This document shows, piece by piece, positions 12,396 to 25,300 of a stretch of DNA of 64,000 nt; positions within the stretch are counted from its first letter, which is position 1, and each line of letters starts with the position of its first letter. Made by a program: the position numbers and the translations under genes. The stretch comes from the human T2T-CHM13v2.0 reference genome, Homo sapiens. The notes beneath the pieces were generated by a model. It searched no databases. It saw nothing but the letters and a program-made list of their open reading frames with translations, and had not been told where the DNA came from. Where the stretch lies: NCBI RefSeq assembly GCF_009914755.1, contig NC_060927.1; one strand, given 5' to 3'.

Positions 12396-12755
12396 GGCCC
12401 ATTACTTAAAAAAATTCTGAAGACATTTTATTCTGATCATTTTTTCATTCCTTCTTTTAAAAAAGCACACATAATTGTTATAAAGTCATCTTTAAACCAT
12501 ACATTTATTTAAAAGTTAAAATTACCTTTTACTGCAACTCAGTATCAAATATCATTTGTGAGTATGATTAAATTCTTAGAAGATAGCTATGTTAAACACC
12601 TGAGTATGGAACGTTATTTTCTTCTATAGAGATAAGGTTTGTGTTACAGAGTCGGAAATTGGAAGCCAGAGTTTTAGTTCTAGGCCTTCATTCAAGATGC
12701 TCGCTGAAAATAGGGGTCGATAAGTAATTATGTTCAGAAATTGCTATGCCCTATA

Positions 12756-13067
12756 CTGTTGGCCCTCCATATCCCTGGGTTCTGCATTGGCAGGGTCAAC
12801 CAACCACATATTGAAAATATTCAAAAATTAAAAAATACTAAATAATATAAATAAATGCTGTATAGTTATACTGATAACTACTCACATAGCATTTACATTG
12901 TGTTAGGTATTATAAGTAATCTAGAGATGATTTAAAGTATATGGGAGGATGTGCATATGTTATATGCAAATACTGCCCCATTTTATATACAGGACCTGAG
13001 CTTCTGTGGATTTTGGTATCCTTAGGTGGGGGAGAGGGTCCTGAAACCCATGCATCAGGGACGACTG
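12756..13067 (-). mobile_element. MER2 (TcMar-Tigger MITE)
   Basis: TIR-like ends ctgttggccctcc / gggacgactg, TA on both sides, diagnostic ataagtaatctagagatgatttaaagtata. Confidence 0.92.
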
Positions 13068-13184
13068 TATTCCATTTTTGGAAACGGATAGCATACATTA
13101 GCATAGTAAGAGCTCTCAGGTTAAGGAAGCTAAAAAATACAATTCCCATATTCCTTTGCCACTATGATATCCTTTTCCCCCAAC

Positions 13185-13302
13185 ATATTCATTTTTCAGA
13201 CAAATATGTGTAGAGCACCTGCAATGTGCCAGGAACTGTTCATGGCTGTGGAATGCAGCAGTGAAAGAAACAAAATCTCTTCCCTTGAATAGCTCACATT
13301 CC
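13185..13302 (-). mobile_element. L2 3' fragment
   Basis: gagcacctgcaatgtgccaggaactgt. Confidence 0.7.
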
Positions 13303-14905
13303 ACCTTTTTGTGAAGTTTAAATATCATATAATAAAGTTATCGGCATGTAGTAAATGCCCCATGAATGGCAACTACTCAGTTTCTTTGTTTCTCCTGTGC
13401 TGTTTGATGCCAATGCAGGCACTCCTGAGAAAGGCTTGGATGGCCTGTGATACTTCTTGCAGCCTTGTCTTTCTCGCATCTCATCATAATAAATTCTGCT
13501 CAAATATGAACATTGCAGCAGCAATATCCCTTTATGTCTAACTTCTAATTATCTATAAACACATGCCTTTATGAAATGGAGGTCATCGTTTGATATATGA
13601 TATCAGACGTTTAGCTAGTCAAAGCCTTACTTGACTACCAGCTTACTGCATTTGAAACTCAGGTAGCCCAGAGCTGTGGTGGAATCACTTACAGACATGT
13701 TAATTTGCATGTTTTTTTCCCCAAGTATTTTTCTTTTCCTTTCCCTCACTCAAGCAGGCAGCAAGGATTGCTCTCTTGCCTCAGGGCAGATTAGCAGCAA
13801 ACTAGAAAGCAGAGGGGACAGTTCCCTTTTGGGTTTTGGATTTAGTAGACGATGTTGGACTTCCGGCAGAGACAGGAGAGAAGGGGATGGGGGGACAAAA
13901 GAACAAGAGTAGAAAGCAGGAAAAAAAAATATTTTGAAGGATAAAGGGACTTTTGGAGCTTGAAGAGAGACAGGGGTGTGTGTGTGTGCCCTAAGCAGCA
14001 GAGATTCCCTCTGTCCTCCACGGAAGAGCCCTGGAGAGATGTCCAGACCTCCAAGGGGAAGGAATGTGTGGATTCCCTGGAGACAGTAGAGGTTCCAGCA
14101 TTTCAAGGGTCGCAGGTCCTAAGCATGGCCCTGAAGCAGCATTGCCACCAGAAATGGGGGTCTATGTAGACCGGAGGCACTGTGGGCTCTTGGTGGTAAC
14201 CAGGGCAAGATTAAAGTCAATGACCAGAGAGGCTTCTCTGAGGATGTAATGTTCACAGCCTCCAGCGTGTTGGTTATCTCAAAGAATCCCAAATAACCAA
14301 TGCTACTACCAGTCAGCCAGAAGGTGTGGACTCTGAGATGGAACCAATTTGGCTTTAAAGAAGATAAAGAAATATAGGTTTTTATTTTATTTATTTTTTG
14401 TACATCTAAGTTCATGAACTGAGAGTCATATTTGCTGCCTTAGCCACAGGACAGGAACTAGTTAAAACTCTGGATATCTGGCTCTGTCCACTTAGCCTAC
14501 ATTCTTCTTGTGAGAGTCCACAGCTTAGAAGTGTGGGAAATTTTCTGCCTATTTGATTCTGTGTTCCAGCACTTTACTGAATCACTTGGCTTTGATAAAT
14601 GCAGATTGATCCAAAATGAGAGAGGGACAGAGAAACTCAGCACAGACCATGATTCACATATTACCCTAAACAAAGCCGTGGCTAAGTGATTTTCCTGGAA
14701 CTCATAGGAGAGTGGCAAGGCAATGAGGGTCACTGTAACCCATGGCCAGGGGACAGTCAGAACTCAAGAGCATTTCAAATCTACCCTGTGATTTATAAAT
14801 CTATCTCCCCCACAGGCTGGGGCTTTTTGAGACCAGGCACTATCTTTTATTGGGTCCCTCCCTGCCTTGTTGCTTGTACAGTGACTGACATAGAGCAGGC
14901 ACTTA

Positions 14906-15271
14906 ACACAGTCTCCAACTTACAATAGTGCGACTGAACAATTTTGCGTTTATGATGATGTAAAAGCTATATGAATTCAGTAGAAACTGTACTTCGAGTA
15001 TCCATACAACCATTCTGTTTTTTTACTTTCAATACAGTATTTAATAAATTACATGAGCTATTCAGCATCTTATTATAAAATAGGTTTTGTGCTAGATGAT
15101 TTTGCCCAACTGTAGGCTAATTGTAAGTGTTCTGAGTGTGTCTAAGGTGGGCTAGGCTAACCTGTCATGTTTGGTAGGTTAGGTGTATTAAATGCGTTTT
15201 TGACTTATGGTGTTTCCAATTTACAATGGATTTATTGGGATGTAGCCCCATCATAAGTTGAGAACCATCTG
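14906..15271 (-). mobile_element. MER47A (TcMar-Tigger MITE) inserted in an L2 tail (about 14790-15295)
   Basis: gattttgcccaactgtaggctaa...taggttaggtgtattaaatgc...ccatctg followed by TA. Confidence 0.9.
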
Positions 15272-15776
15272 TATATGTTAATTAGTTAATTAATAAAACA
15301 ACTCTTTATTGAAAGTCTATGTTTCTGAAATTGTCCCTGGTACTAAAAAAAATATTTTTTCATTTGATCCTCTAAACAACCCTGTGAGATGAGATGTTCA
15401 AGGTCTCAAGGTTAATAAGTGGCAAGATTCCAGTCCTTGGTCTGACTTGAAACCCACTATTTCTTTACTCTAACTGAGTCTCTTTGGTAAAATGGTGGTG
15501 GTTGTCATAAGTTAGTCATTTTGGTTTTAATTAGCAGTATTAGGGAATCAATAAAGAAGCAATTCCATTTTCTCCTTACTCATCCTTTCAGTTATTCATC
15601 CATTCAGTGAAAAAAGATATATTGAGTTATATATGCCATGCATTTATTCCTCTAAATTACTTTGCAAATCAGTAGGAAATTTATAGAACTCAATAAAGTA
15701 AGAGAAAGACTATTTAGGTTTCTAAAATGTCTGTCTCATGGGCTGCTTACAAGGGTGCTTGGGCTGGTGAAAAGGC

Positions 15777-15942
15777 TTTTGGTTTTGTTTTTTGTTTTGT
15801 TTTGTTTTTGAGACAGTGTCTTGCTCTGTTGTCCAGGCTCCGTCATAGCTCGATGCAGTCTCATCCTCCTGGGCTCAAATGATCCTCCCGCCTCAGCCTC
15901 CCCAAGTGCTAGGGTTACAGACATGAGCCACTGCACCACGCC
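15777..15942 (-). mobile_element. AluJ-derived hybrid monomer
   Basis: Left-arm-type 5' end joined to right-arm-type 3' end; (GTTTT)n tail; tgaaaag on both flanks. Confidence 0.88.
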
Positions 15943-15954
15943 TTTGAAAAGATT

Positions 15955-16160
15955 TTAAGAATTGGAATTATGAGACCTGCGTTTAAATATTGGATTAATC
16001 ACATCCTAGTTTAATAGCTAGTTTTGCTTCAGGCAAGTTACTTATCCTCTCTGAGCCTCAGTTTTCTCATCGGTCCAATGGGAATAGTATCTACCTGTGA
16101 GAAACCTGTGAGGTAATGTATGATATTGGAAACAAAACTTAAACATATGTACCCTTTACT
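15955..16160 (+). mobile_element. MIR
   Basis: ggcaagttacttatcctctctgagcctcagttttctcatc. Confidence 0.85.
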
Positions 16161-16519
16161 ATGATCATTGTGGTTGTGTATAAGAGGTTTACAGAAATGT
16201 TCCCACTACTATGGGAGAAAATTGACTTTTGGGGGATAGGTTGCTTTAGGATTTGACATGTTTGGTAAACCTTAGAAATGTCTTTGTTACATTAGACACT
16301 TTCTGTGCCTAGGGGCTAGGGCAGAAAGGCCGTGTACTTCTGGGCTGCACAGAATCACCTGGGCTAGACAGCAGGAGACATGGGCTGAATGAAATACAGG
16401 TTATGCTTGTTGAGGAGGGCCTATGGCAGCACAAAGAAAGAAGTGCCTTTTTTCTTTAACTTTTCCACCAGAGAGGATTCCTCTTTGCATTCACACATCT
16501 CTGAGGATCTTTGGGTAAT

Positions 16520-16970
16520 TTGCTCAAAGGTACCTCTGAAAGCAAATCCTGAGACAAGGACTTGGGTGCAGGAAGGAGTTACCAGAAAGCAAAGTGAAAA
16601 ATAAGACAGAGTGAGACAGAGGGGGAAAAAGCCAATAAAGTTTACATTAAGTGGATTCCCACTGTGAGCAACTAGAGCTCAGTCTTGCTGGGGCCCCTCT
16701 GAGGAAAGTTTGGATAAATTGTCAATCAAAGAACGGGGGATTGGGGCACTTAGTCACTGACTTCTGTCCTCCATTGGCTGGGGTTTGCCCCTGGAACATT
16801 AGTTACTCCACATTTTAGGGCTGAGTTGTCTTCTGAGGCAGAAAAGTGGGTAAACTTCCCCAGGTTTGCTCTTGAGGTGGAACATTGGCAATGTACATAG
16901 AAGTGTCCATCTCTGCAGTTCTGAAATTAGGTGGGCTCAGGGCACAGATGTGGGTTGAGAGTTCTGCCAA
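16520..16970 (-). mobile_element. LTR33-like ERVL LTR
   Basis: aagcaaatcctgagacaaggacttgggtgcag...aagccaataaag...cactgtgagcaact. Confidence 0.65.
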
Positions 16971-17420
16971 GAATGCTCCAGCAGAATTGAGATTGGGGAA
17001 GGGGCATGCTATGGAGGCCCTCTGAATCTATGCAGGCCTGGCCAAGGACTGGTCTCTTACTCAGCCCTCATTTTCATTCCACTTCCTCTCCCCCTGGTCT
17101 TCTTGTGCCCATGAATCACAGAACCTGAAGTCAACTTCTTCTGTTCCCTTAAATAGCTGTCTGGGTAGCCATGCATGTGACTGGATCCAGCGGACATTTA
17201 AAATGATAAGTTGGCTCTTCACAGATGAATGCAGACCTGCTGACTCATCAAATTGCTTAGGTGCCAGCAAAACAAAGCCATCAGTGATCATGGCTTGCAA
17301 GAGCTCTAAAGTATCTTTGTCTCTCCATTTCTCTCCATCCCTACTTTATTTCATTAATACACTTAATGGGAGTGAGATTACGATCTAAATAATCATAATC
17401 ATTTCTAATTAATTGAGGCA

Positions 17421-17790
17421 TTCTTTCATTCAAAAATTTCAAATGTTTATTGAGAGCCTGCCTATGTCAAACTCTAGGCTAGGTACTGAAAACGTAGGAG
17501 TGAACCAAGTTCAAGGTTTCTGCCCTCATGGAATTTACGTTCTAGTGGGGAATAAATACAGAATGAGAAGAGTATCATGTAGAAAATAAACAGGGTGATG
17601 GGATAAAGTGTTTCTGTGAGTGCCTACTTTAGATAAGGTGGGCAGAGGAGGCCATTTAAGAAGTGCTAATTGGCCTGAGACACGAATGATATGAAGAACC
17701 TTTTTAGGCATAGGGACATTCAAGTTAAAAGGCTCCGAGTGGGAAAGGGCCTGTTGTGTTAGAGGATCTGAAAGGAGACATGTGATCTTA
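17421..17790 (-). mobile_element. L2 3' fragment
   Basis: ttcattcaa...tttattgag...tgccctcatggaatttacgttctagtgggg. Confidence 0.85.
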
Positions 17791-17819
17791 GGGGTTATAA
17801 TACATTAGCTAATTTTGTG

Positions 17820-18012
17820 TGCTCTAGAGGCAGAATCTATCACTTAATAGTTTTATAATCTTGGGTGCATCATTTAACCCTTCAGAGCCTCAGTTTCTTA
17901 ACCTGTAAAATGGGATAGTATAATTACTACCTCACATGGATGTGGTAAAAATTAAAGAAAATCTTGTGTGTTATCACCATACTTGCACATGATAGAAGCC
18001 CTACATATGTTA
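17820..18012 (+). mobile_element. MIR
   Basis: gagcctcagtttcttaacctgtaaaatgggata. Confidence 0.85.
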
Positions 18013-18014
18013 TT

Positions 18015-18780
18015 GGGTTTGTAATGACTCTTTTTCTCCAAAAAACCCAACTCAGACCATAAAGAAAATGTGCTGTTTCATGTGTCAGAACATTCTAGGG
18101 TGAGTTAAACTTTTCGGGGTGGCTTGATCCAGGCATTTATGGCTCTGGCTCTCATTCCCTTCTTCTCTCAGTTATATCCTCTAGGTGAATCTGTATTTCA
18201 TTGGACTGGCTCCACACATAAGGACAAAGATGGCTTCAGCTGCCACAGGCCTTAGTCTGTGTGCCCCTGCAGGTGTTCCAGGCCTCACGCCCACACTCCA
18301 TTCTATCCAGAGAAAGAAAGCATATATAAGAGCAGTTCTTGTTGTATTAGTCTGTTCTGACACTGCTATAAAGAACTACCTGAGACTGGATAATTTATAA
18401 AGGAAAGAGGCTTAATTGGCTAACAGTTCTGCAGAAGGAAGAGAGCAAAGGGGGAGGTGCTACACACTTTTAATCAACAAGATCTCATGAGAACTCACTC
18501 AGTATCATGAGAACAGCAAGGGGAAATCTGTCCCCATGATCCAGCCACCTCTTATCCAGCCCCTCATCCAACATTGGGGATTACACTTCAACATGAGATT
18601 TGGGTGGGGTGGGGACACAAATCTAAACCATATCACTTGTAGAGGTTTTGAGGGTCAGTCACATTGTATTAGCTTAGGACACATACCTACCCTGCACCAA
18701 TCACTTCAACCAGAAGGTAGAATGCAAATATTGACATAACTCAGGCCATGTGCCCCTGGAGTTGAACATGGTGTCAACAT
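18015..18780 (-). mobile_element. Old MLT1 (J/K/L-like) LTR split by MST
   Basis: aacccaactcagac...ggcttgatccagg...aagatggct...accaatcact. Confidence 0.6.
18343..18635 (-). mobile_element. MSTA-like solo LTR with internal deletion
   Basis: tgtattagtctgttct...gctataaagaactacctgagactgg...aaaccatatca; perfect 5 bp TSD cttgt. Confidence 0.92.
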
Positions 18781-19021
18781 TTTTAAGATTCTGTGGATCT
18801 CCAATGAAAACTAGGAGCTGATGGGATAGCTGAGGGGAAATGATGCTAGAGATGGAAGCAATATGTCCAGGGATGTTATCCTTGATTATTCTCATTCTAA
18901 TTAAATAATAGAACACTGGGTAAGGGTAAATCAGAAGACCCATGCTATAATTTTGATCTGCTCATAGCTTTAAGACTTGCATACTCACTTGACCCTTAGA
19001 ACATCAGTTTTCTCACCCTAA

Positions 19022-19123
19022 ATTTATTTGTTCAACAAATTTCTTAAACTCTTACATGGGAGAGACATGGATACAATGGAAATAAGCAGAACCACCCCTG
19101 TCCTCATTGAGCTAATGTTCTAG
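19022..19123 (-). mobile_element. L2 fragment
   Basis: tttgttcaacaaat...cctgtcctcattgagctaatgttctag. Confidence 0.6.
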
Positions 19124-20249
19124 CCTAGAGGGATTTAAATATGAATTATACAGGCTCATCAAGCAGATGTTCTTAACATCAAGGTGAAATAAGATGTGGT
19201 GTAATCTGTTAATTTTACCCTTACAGACATAAGCAAGTGAAAGAATGAAGGCAGGGAGAAGAAAGAAGGCAGAGTAACCTACAAGAAGTTTTACTTTGCA
19301 TAAGCGCAGAGACTAAAATATCAGGTCAAAACTGTGAAAAGTTGTATTTTTAAACTTTAATTTTAAATTTCTCAATCCAGTGAAATTTAGATCCTACTAG
19401 AAACTGTTCTTAGATTATTTCTTTTTAATCTGTTTTATTAACTACCAGTTTATAAAAGCGTTTGCTATGAAAAATATTAGGAACTAAAAGTAAAAGCAGT
19501 ACCACAAGGAAATACAATTTATTTGTGGAGAAAGATAAAAAGGCACAGTAAAGATTTATGGTATTGCTTGGTGGAAATGTTTTATTTAATAAGGACTCAT
19601 AGGACTCATTCTAATTAGCAAAAATCAATAATAGAAAATAAAAGATGTAATTCATAGCCTGAAATTCAAATTTTAATTCCTGTGGTTTTTTTTTTTTTTT
19701 TTCAGAGCTAACTTCCCTAATTGGAAATGTTTGCTGGTTTTGTTTTACAGAAATAACCTTATTTTTGTCCTGTTGAAATTTATTGCTACTTATAAGAGCA
19801 GAGAATGGCAGTTCATTTTGCTATAAGTTCCCAACACAGAGATTTTTACTGTCAGTATAGAAAAGGGCCAACCAATTACGGGGATGGAAAATGGTGGAAT
19901 GTCTCCTTTGACCATGGCTACAATTTTGAGGAAAGATTAATGAATTTCTTCTTCTGACTAGTATCTATGATAAATTGCATCCAGCATAATTCTCCCTTTG
20001 TTTTCTACCACTTATGCCTTTCCTCTGCCCTTTGTTTAGCCATTGACTCATCAACCCCAGTATCATGTGGAACACTTACTACTTCTGAAAATTCTCCTTT
20101 TAAGTCACATTAAAACTTAAAAGCTTTGGCATCTGGTATCTGGAGGCAAAGATACACGCCTAGCCTGGTATTGTCCGGGAGTATAGAGTAACTTTAGATT
20201 TCTTTAAGAGAAAAATGTCTCATTAGGCCAGGATTCTCAGTTTTCTTTG

Positions 20250-20720
20250 AGACTTCTCTCCAATTTCAGTTGAGTGCTTCATAGTGAAGTTGACTTTACC
20301 CCCAGCTCTAGGTGTTGATCTTATAATTCAGGCCTAAGTCAGTTAATAGATTTCATTTCTCTGGCCTATAAATTCGAAAATGGATGTATTACCAAATCAA
20401 GCAGAGGTTAAAATAAGGCCTGCCTTATACGCTTCCAGAGAAGCAAGCTCTCTCTTTTCCGCTGGACATAAACAAAGAATCATGTATTCTCAAAACTGCT
20501 GATACTTACCTTGGGAGTATGTAGAGAAAGCCTGCAGACAACAGATCCAGTAGTGAGGAATGGAAAGAAAAACTGAATTCTGATAACACTTTTTGAGCAC
20601 CTATGTCAAAACTTACTTGTAGCACGCTGGACTTTTGATTACATGAGCCAACACATATTCGTTAATGTCTGCAGTTGAATTTGGTTTTCTTTTTTTCCCA
20701 AAAATTAATTCTTAATATAC
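20250..20720 (+). mobile_element. Old MLT1 (J/K/L-like) LTR
   Basis: ggacttttgattacatgagccaac...gttgaatttggttttct 3' signature. Confidence 0.6.
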
Positions 20721-21019
20721 TATAAAGCACCAATAACATTATGTCAGTCTCCTGTTCAAATGTCCCCTAATAACTTTACATTTTTCTCAGGATAAATTCA
20801 AAGTATTTGCTTAAGTAAGCACAAGATATGATCTTTATTTCTTATTTTCAGCTTCTGCCACATATTCATATATACTTTCCTTCTGGGGATGCTCAGTTTC
20901 TTTGGATTCCTCCAATGCATTGTGCTGTGCTTTTTTCTTACCTATGCGCTTTGTAAGAAGAAAAGCACTACATATTCTTTGTACACATCTGTATAGCATA
21001 TCTTCAGATCTAGAGAAAT

Positions 21020-21180
21020 ACAGCTGCAGTTTTATCTGTAAATCGGGATTAATAAGAGCAAGTTCCCCATAGGGTTATTATAACGATGCTCATGAAATAG
21101 TAAGTGTAAAGTATATAACACATAGTAGCTTCTCAGTAAATGTTTATTGAATAAGAAAAAAAGAGTACTTGAATAAATGA
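21020..21180 (+). mobile_element. MIR 3' fragment
   Basis: cagttttatctgtaaatcgggattaata...catagggttatt...tctcagtaaatgtt. Confidence 0.6.
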
Positions 21181-21512
21181 ATTACAGAAGGAATTATCTA
21201 AAGTTTTGGACAATTCGTGTGATGAATTAAATGCTCTATGGGTAACATCTGTGTTTCCATTTGCCCCCATCCCTACTTCATGTTGGCATTTTTACATGAA
21301 ATTTCTATCTAAACATTCTCTTGACTCAAAGGTGAAAAGTGACCCATCATTTTCCTTAACTCTAGAGAAAATCGTGGCCTCTCTTTTGTCTAGTAAGTTC
21401 TGTTATCTGCTTCAGAAGTCCCAGATATTAGTATCTTTGTAAAACAATTCATTTCAATAGCACATCTTCTTTGTTTCTACTGAGGTTCTATCCTTAACTG
21501 ACTTCACTGAGT

Positions 21513-21673
21513 TCTCAGTTTAAACCCTTTCCAAATGAGTCCCCTGAGTTTCATGGGAATATCCCAAGGCTCAGTTAGGGAGAACCTAGGATGCATGAAG
21601 TGGCCCTGGGTGAACCATATCATAGAATCTAGTTCTTATTTTCCTAGATTCTATAGACTTGACTTTGCAGCAC
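21513..21673. repeat. Diverged direct repeat, copy A
   Basis: Aligns with 23252-23422. Confidence 0.88.
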
Positions 21674-21732
21674 AGTGCTTATGTTAGTGTAATATCGAAA
21701 GAGGCAAAGTGGCTAGGACCTGGGCTCAAGAG

Positions 21733-22210
21733 CTATGCTCTCTGATGGGCTAGCTACAAGTCACATGCAATTACTGAAAACTTGAAATGTGGCTGCTGAA
21801 ACTGAGAAACTGAATTTTAAATTTCATTTAATATTAATTAAAATTAAAATTAAAAAATGAATACTGAGTTCAGCAATTGGAAAGCTTTTAGGTATGCTTA
21901 GAATAACTGAAATCTTTTCCAGCTATAAATTTTATCAAATCTAATAAGTATTCCTGTTGAATATTTAGCATTCAAATGGATATGTGCTGCAAGTGTGAAA
22001 GGTACACTTAATATGATAAAAGAAATGTTAAATACTTTATTAATCTTTACCTTGATTATATATTAAAATGATAATATTTTAGATATTGGGTTAAATAACA
22101 AATATTGGTAAAATTAATTTCATCTATTTGTTTTTACTTTTTAAATGTGGCTACTAAAAAATTAAAAACTGCATGTGTGGCTCCAAACACATTTCTATTG
22201 GACAGAACTG
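21733..22210 (+). mobile_element. Charlie1b/MER33-type hAT element inserted in a MIR (about 21700-22425)
   Basis: acttgaaatgtggct...tttaaatgtggctact...tttctattggacagaactg; TSD ctcaagag/ctctagaa. Confidence 0.85.
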
Positions 22211-22665
22211 CTCTAGAATAGGACCATTGAGTTCAAATCTTACGTCTTATAAGCTGTGTAGCCTTTGGCAAATCATTTAAATGCTCTGGGCTGTGTGAGA
22301 CCTATTTATAATAGCAATGTTCATTCTTTGCTCTCTATTTTTTAAGAGCTAATGTGAGATAATATATACCGTGTGCTTCACACAATGCCTAATAGAACAT
22401 AACATGCATTAAATATTAGCTCTGAATGTATTTAGTTTGTATAAACATTATTGCATTGCATATTTTTAAAAATCTATGCCACAGCTTTCATTTGAGGAAA
22501 TACAAAGATACTGTTACCATATTTTTAATTCCATTGTGGGGCCACATTCCTGTGGTTTTCTTCAAAAATGAAGACCAATACAATATTAATTCAAGCAATT
22601 AGGAAATAGAATGGTGTGTTTGAAAGAATACTGTTCTTGGAGTCAAGTCAAGGCATGTGCCTCTT

Positions 22666-22951
22666 GTTTTTTCTTTTTTTTTTTTTTTTGTCGGGGGAGA
22701 CGGTGTCGCTCTGTCGCCCAGGCTGTAGTGCAGTGTCGCCATCTCAGCTCACTGCAACCTCTGCCTCCTGGGCCTCCTGAGTAGCTGGGATTACAAGCAC
22801 GCACCACCACGCCCAGCTAATTTTTGTATTTTTAGTGGAGATGGGGTTTTACCACATTGGTCAGGCTGGTCTCGAACTCCTGACCTTGTGATCCACCCAC
22901 CTCGGCCTCCTAAAGTGCTGGGATTACAGGCGGAAGCCATTGCGCCTGGCC
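22666..22951 (-). mobile_element. AluS (Sg-like) with ~22 nt internal deletion, inside a MIR3-like fragment
   Basis: Perfect 15 bp TSD aggcatgtgcctctt (22651-22665 / 22952-22966). Confidence 0.97.
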
Positions 22952-23251
22952 AGGCATGTGCCTCTTAAGGAAGAGTATCCCTAGATACTTTCCATGCATC
23001 CCTCCTCTGCTTTAGTCTCACAGTGCGACCTTGTTTCACTCACCTTTTGTCTCTGCACCTCAGTTTCTTTATATATGTCACTGATGTTGTGCTGAATAAT
23101 TATTAAATTTCTTTTCAGATATTAAGTCCTGAAATTTCTTTGAAATTGAGGAGCATGGAGCTATATATAGTTAGAGAGAAACCCAGTTGGTAAAGTGGGA
23201 AGAGGAAAATCAGAGCTCAGTGTTTAATAGTGCAAGTTTCTTCAAACAGGC

Positions 23252-23422
23252 TCTCAATCTAGGACTTTTTCTGATGAGTCCTGCTGAGGTTCATGAACCT
23301 ACCCCAAGGCTCAGTTAACTCAACTAAGAAGGACTCCAGATGCATGAAGGGGCTTTGTGGGAACCACGTCATAACATTTTGTTCTCATTGTCCTGGATTC
23401 TATAGAGACGGCCTCATGGCAC
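23252..23422. repeat. Diverged direct repeat, copy B
   Basis: Aligns with 21513-21673. Confidence 0.88.
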
Positions 23423-23479
23423 TAAGATGTTCTTAAAGGAGACATGGTAGAATAGTAGTAGTTATTGAATCCCTAAATA

Positions 23480-23715
23480 ATAATGATAGTTAATGCATAA
23501 ATCTCTTGCCATGAACTAAACGCTGTTCCTTTTGGTTTACAAACATTACTTATTTGACACTCATAACCCTCAGATAAGTTTTGTCACAGTGTCTACTTTC
23601 TGATGAGACGTGTAGGCAGAGGGTTTAGACAACCTGGCCAAGGTCTCACCACTAGCACTGCATTCAAACACAGACAGTCCAACTCCGGTGGACTTAACAC
23701 TGTACTATGGTGGCC
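23480..23715 (-). mobile_element. MIR
   Basis: ctgatgagacgtgtaggcagagggtttagacaacctggccaaggtctcac. Confidence 0.7.
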
Positions 23716-24289
23716 TACTGAGGACAAGCACCATGTCCAGTGCTGGGGTTACTGGGTAAAATGTGACATAGGGTCCCTGCTTTCATAGCATGAAGACCGT
23801 TTTGTAGAGACAGACTTAAAACAAGAGAAAATGATTATACACCTTACATGCATTAAGAGCTAATGTGTATTGCATACTTATGTGCAAGGCATTGTGTGAA
23901 GCTCATGGTTTACATCATCTTAATGGTGTCTTTACCAAAAGGGGAAACATCTACAAATGCAATGAAGAAGATGTGAGGAATGATATAATAGCATATAATG
24001 GAGAGCCTTGACCTACTTTTGATGCATGGAGAATATCTAGGGACTTCTTCCTTAAGAAAAGAAATTTCAGCTGACATCTGAAGGTTGCATAACAGCTATA
24101 CAGCAAAGTACATGTGTGTGTGTATGTGTGTATATGTGTGTGGTGGATAATAGTGTAAATGGTGGAGAATATTACAGACGAATGGAACCCTGAGGTGTTG
24201 CACTCAGTTGCTGTATATGTAGTTTGTAATGTTTTGAGGTTGTTTTTAATCTCACCATCATTCATTTGTTATCTTGCTTTTAGTCATGG

Positions 24290-24537
24290 ACTCTACCGTC
24301 ACTTCCTTGGGGAGACCCTCTCTGACTATTCCAAGCAAGTTAGTTCTCCTCTTGATATGCTCTCAATAGGAATGTACCTACCTCTGCTCAGCCCTTAGCA
24401 TTAAATTTAAATTTATTTGCATTATTTGATTAGTGTCTATCTCGCACCAGACTATAAGATCTATTAGGGCAGAGACCGAATTTGGCACTGCTCAACATTA
24501 CGTTCCTAGAACTCAAAATTTGTTGAATAAATGAATC
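24290..24537 (+). mobile_element. L2 3' end
   Basis: gactataagatct...agggcagagacc...aaatttgttgaataaatgaat. Confidence 0.8.
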
Positions 24538-25029
24538 ACAAAGTATTTTAGATTAATATTAGCCTAAAATTATCATTGTGAGTTCACGTTTAGTCCTTAA
24601 ACCATACACCCCCAGTTGAAATAAAAATGAATTTTAGATTTTGGACTATGTAATTTACTAGTAAGGCACAAAGAGTTGGCCTCACCTGCCTTTGCAACAA
24701 TGCCTTTACAAATAATCTATATTCATGTTGTTTTCTGAGAAATATGCATTATGCAAAAGCACACTGACAGGTGTGTGAATGAGTTGGTAAAATAGGCAAT
24801 CTAAAAGTTTCTCTATTCTTTGAAGAGAAATGGGTAACTGTCTTTAAAAAAATAAATTATAGAACATTTTACATTTTTTTTTGACTTTCCTATGTAGTGA
24901 ATCAAATACATTATTTATAATTAGTGCCTTTTGGCTTCTTTTCCGCATGGTTTTTCTTTTAATGCTTTTAAAAAACATAAACAATGTAAGTAAGGTATTT
25001 TGTATTACATCAAATAAAGTAGCCAGATG

Positions 25030-25300
25030 AAAGATTATATATTCTAGCATTTTATTTATGTAAAGTTGAAAAGCAGGCAAAATTAACCTATTAACTTAGA
25101 TGTCAAGTGAGTAGTTAGCTTTGTGGAGGGCAAAGAGTGTAAGAGACTGAGAGAGGCTTCTGGGGGGCTGGTGATGTTCTGTTTCTTGATCTAAGTGCTT
25201 GTTACAGGGGTGTGCTCAGTTTGTAAAAATTCATTCTGCTGCACAATTATGATTTGTGCATTCCTCTATATATATATATTGCACTTCAATGAAGTTTTAC
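25030..25300 (+). mobile_element. L1ME 3' end
   Basis: ggcttctggggggctggtgatgttctgtttcttgatct...tcagtttgtaaaaattcat. Confidence 0.85.

Noticed and set aside
13750-14250. Cluster of overlapping ORFs in a slightly GC-richer patch, with ACTTCCGG at 13859
   Set aside because: Stop-poor composition explains the ORFs; one ETS motif without a CpG island does not support a promoter call
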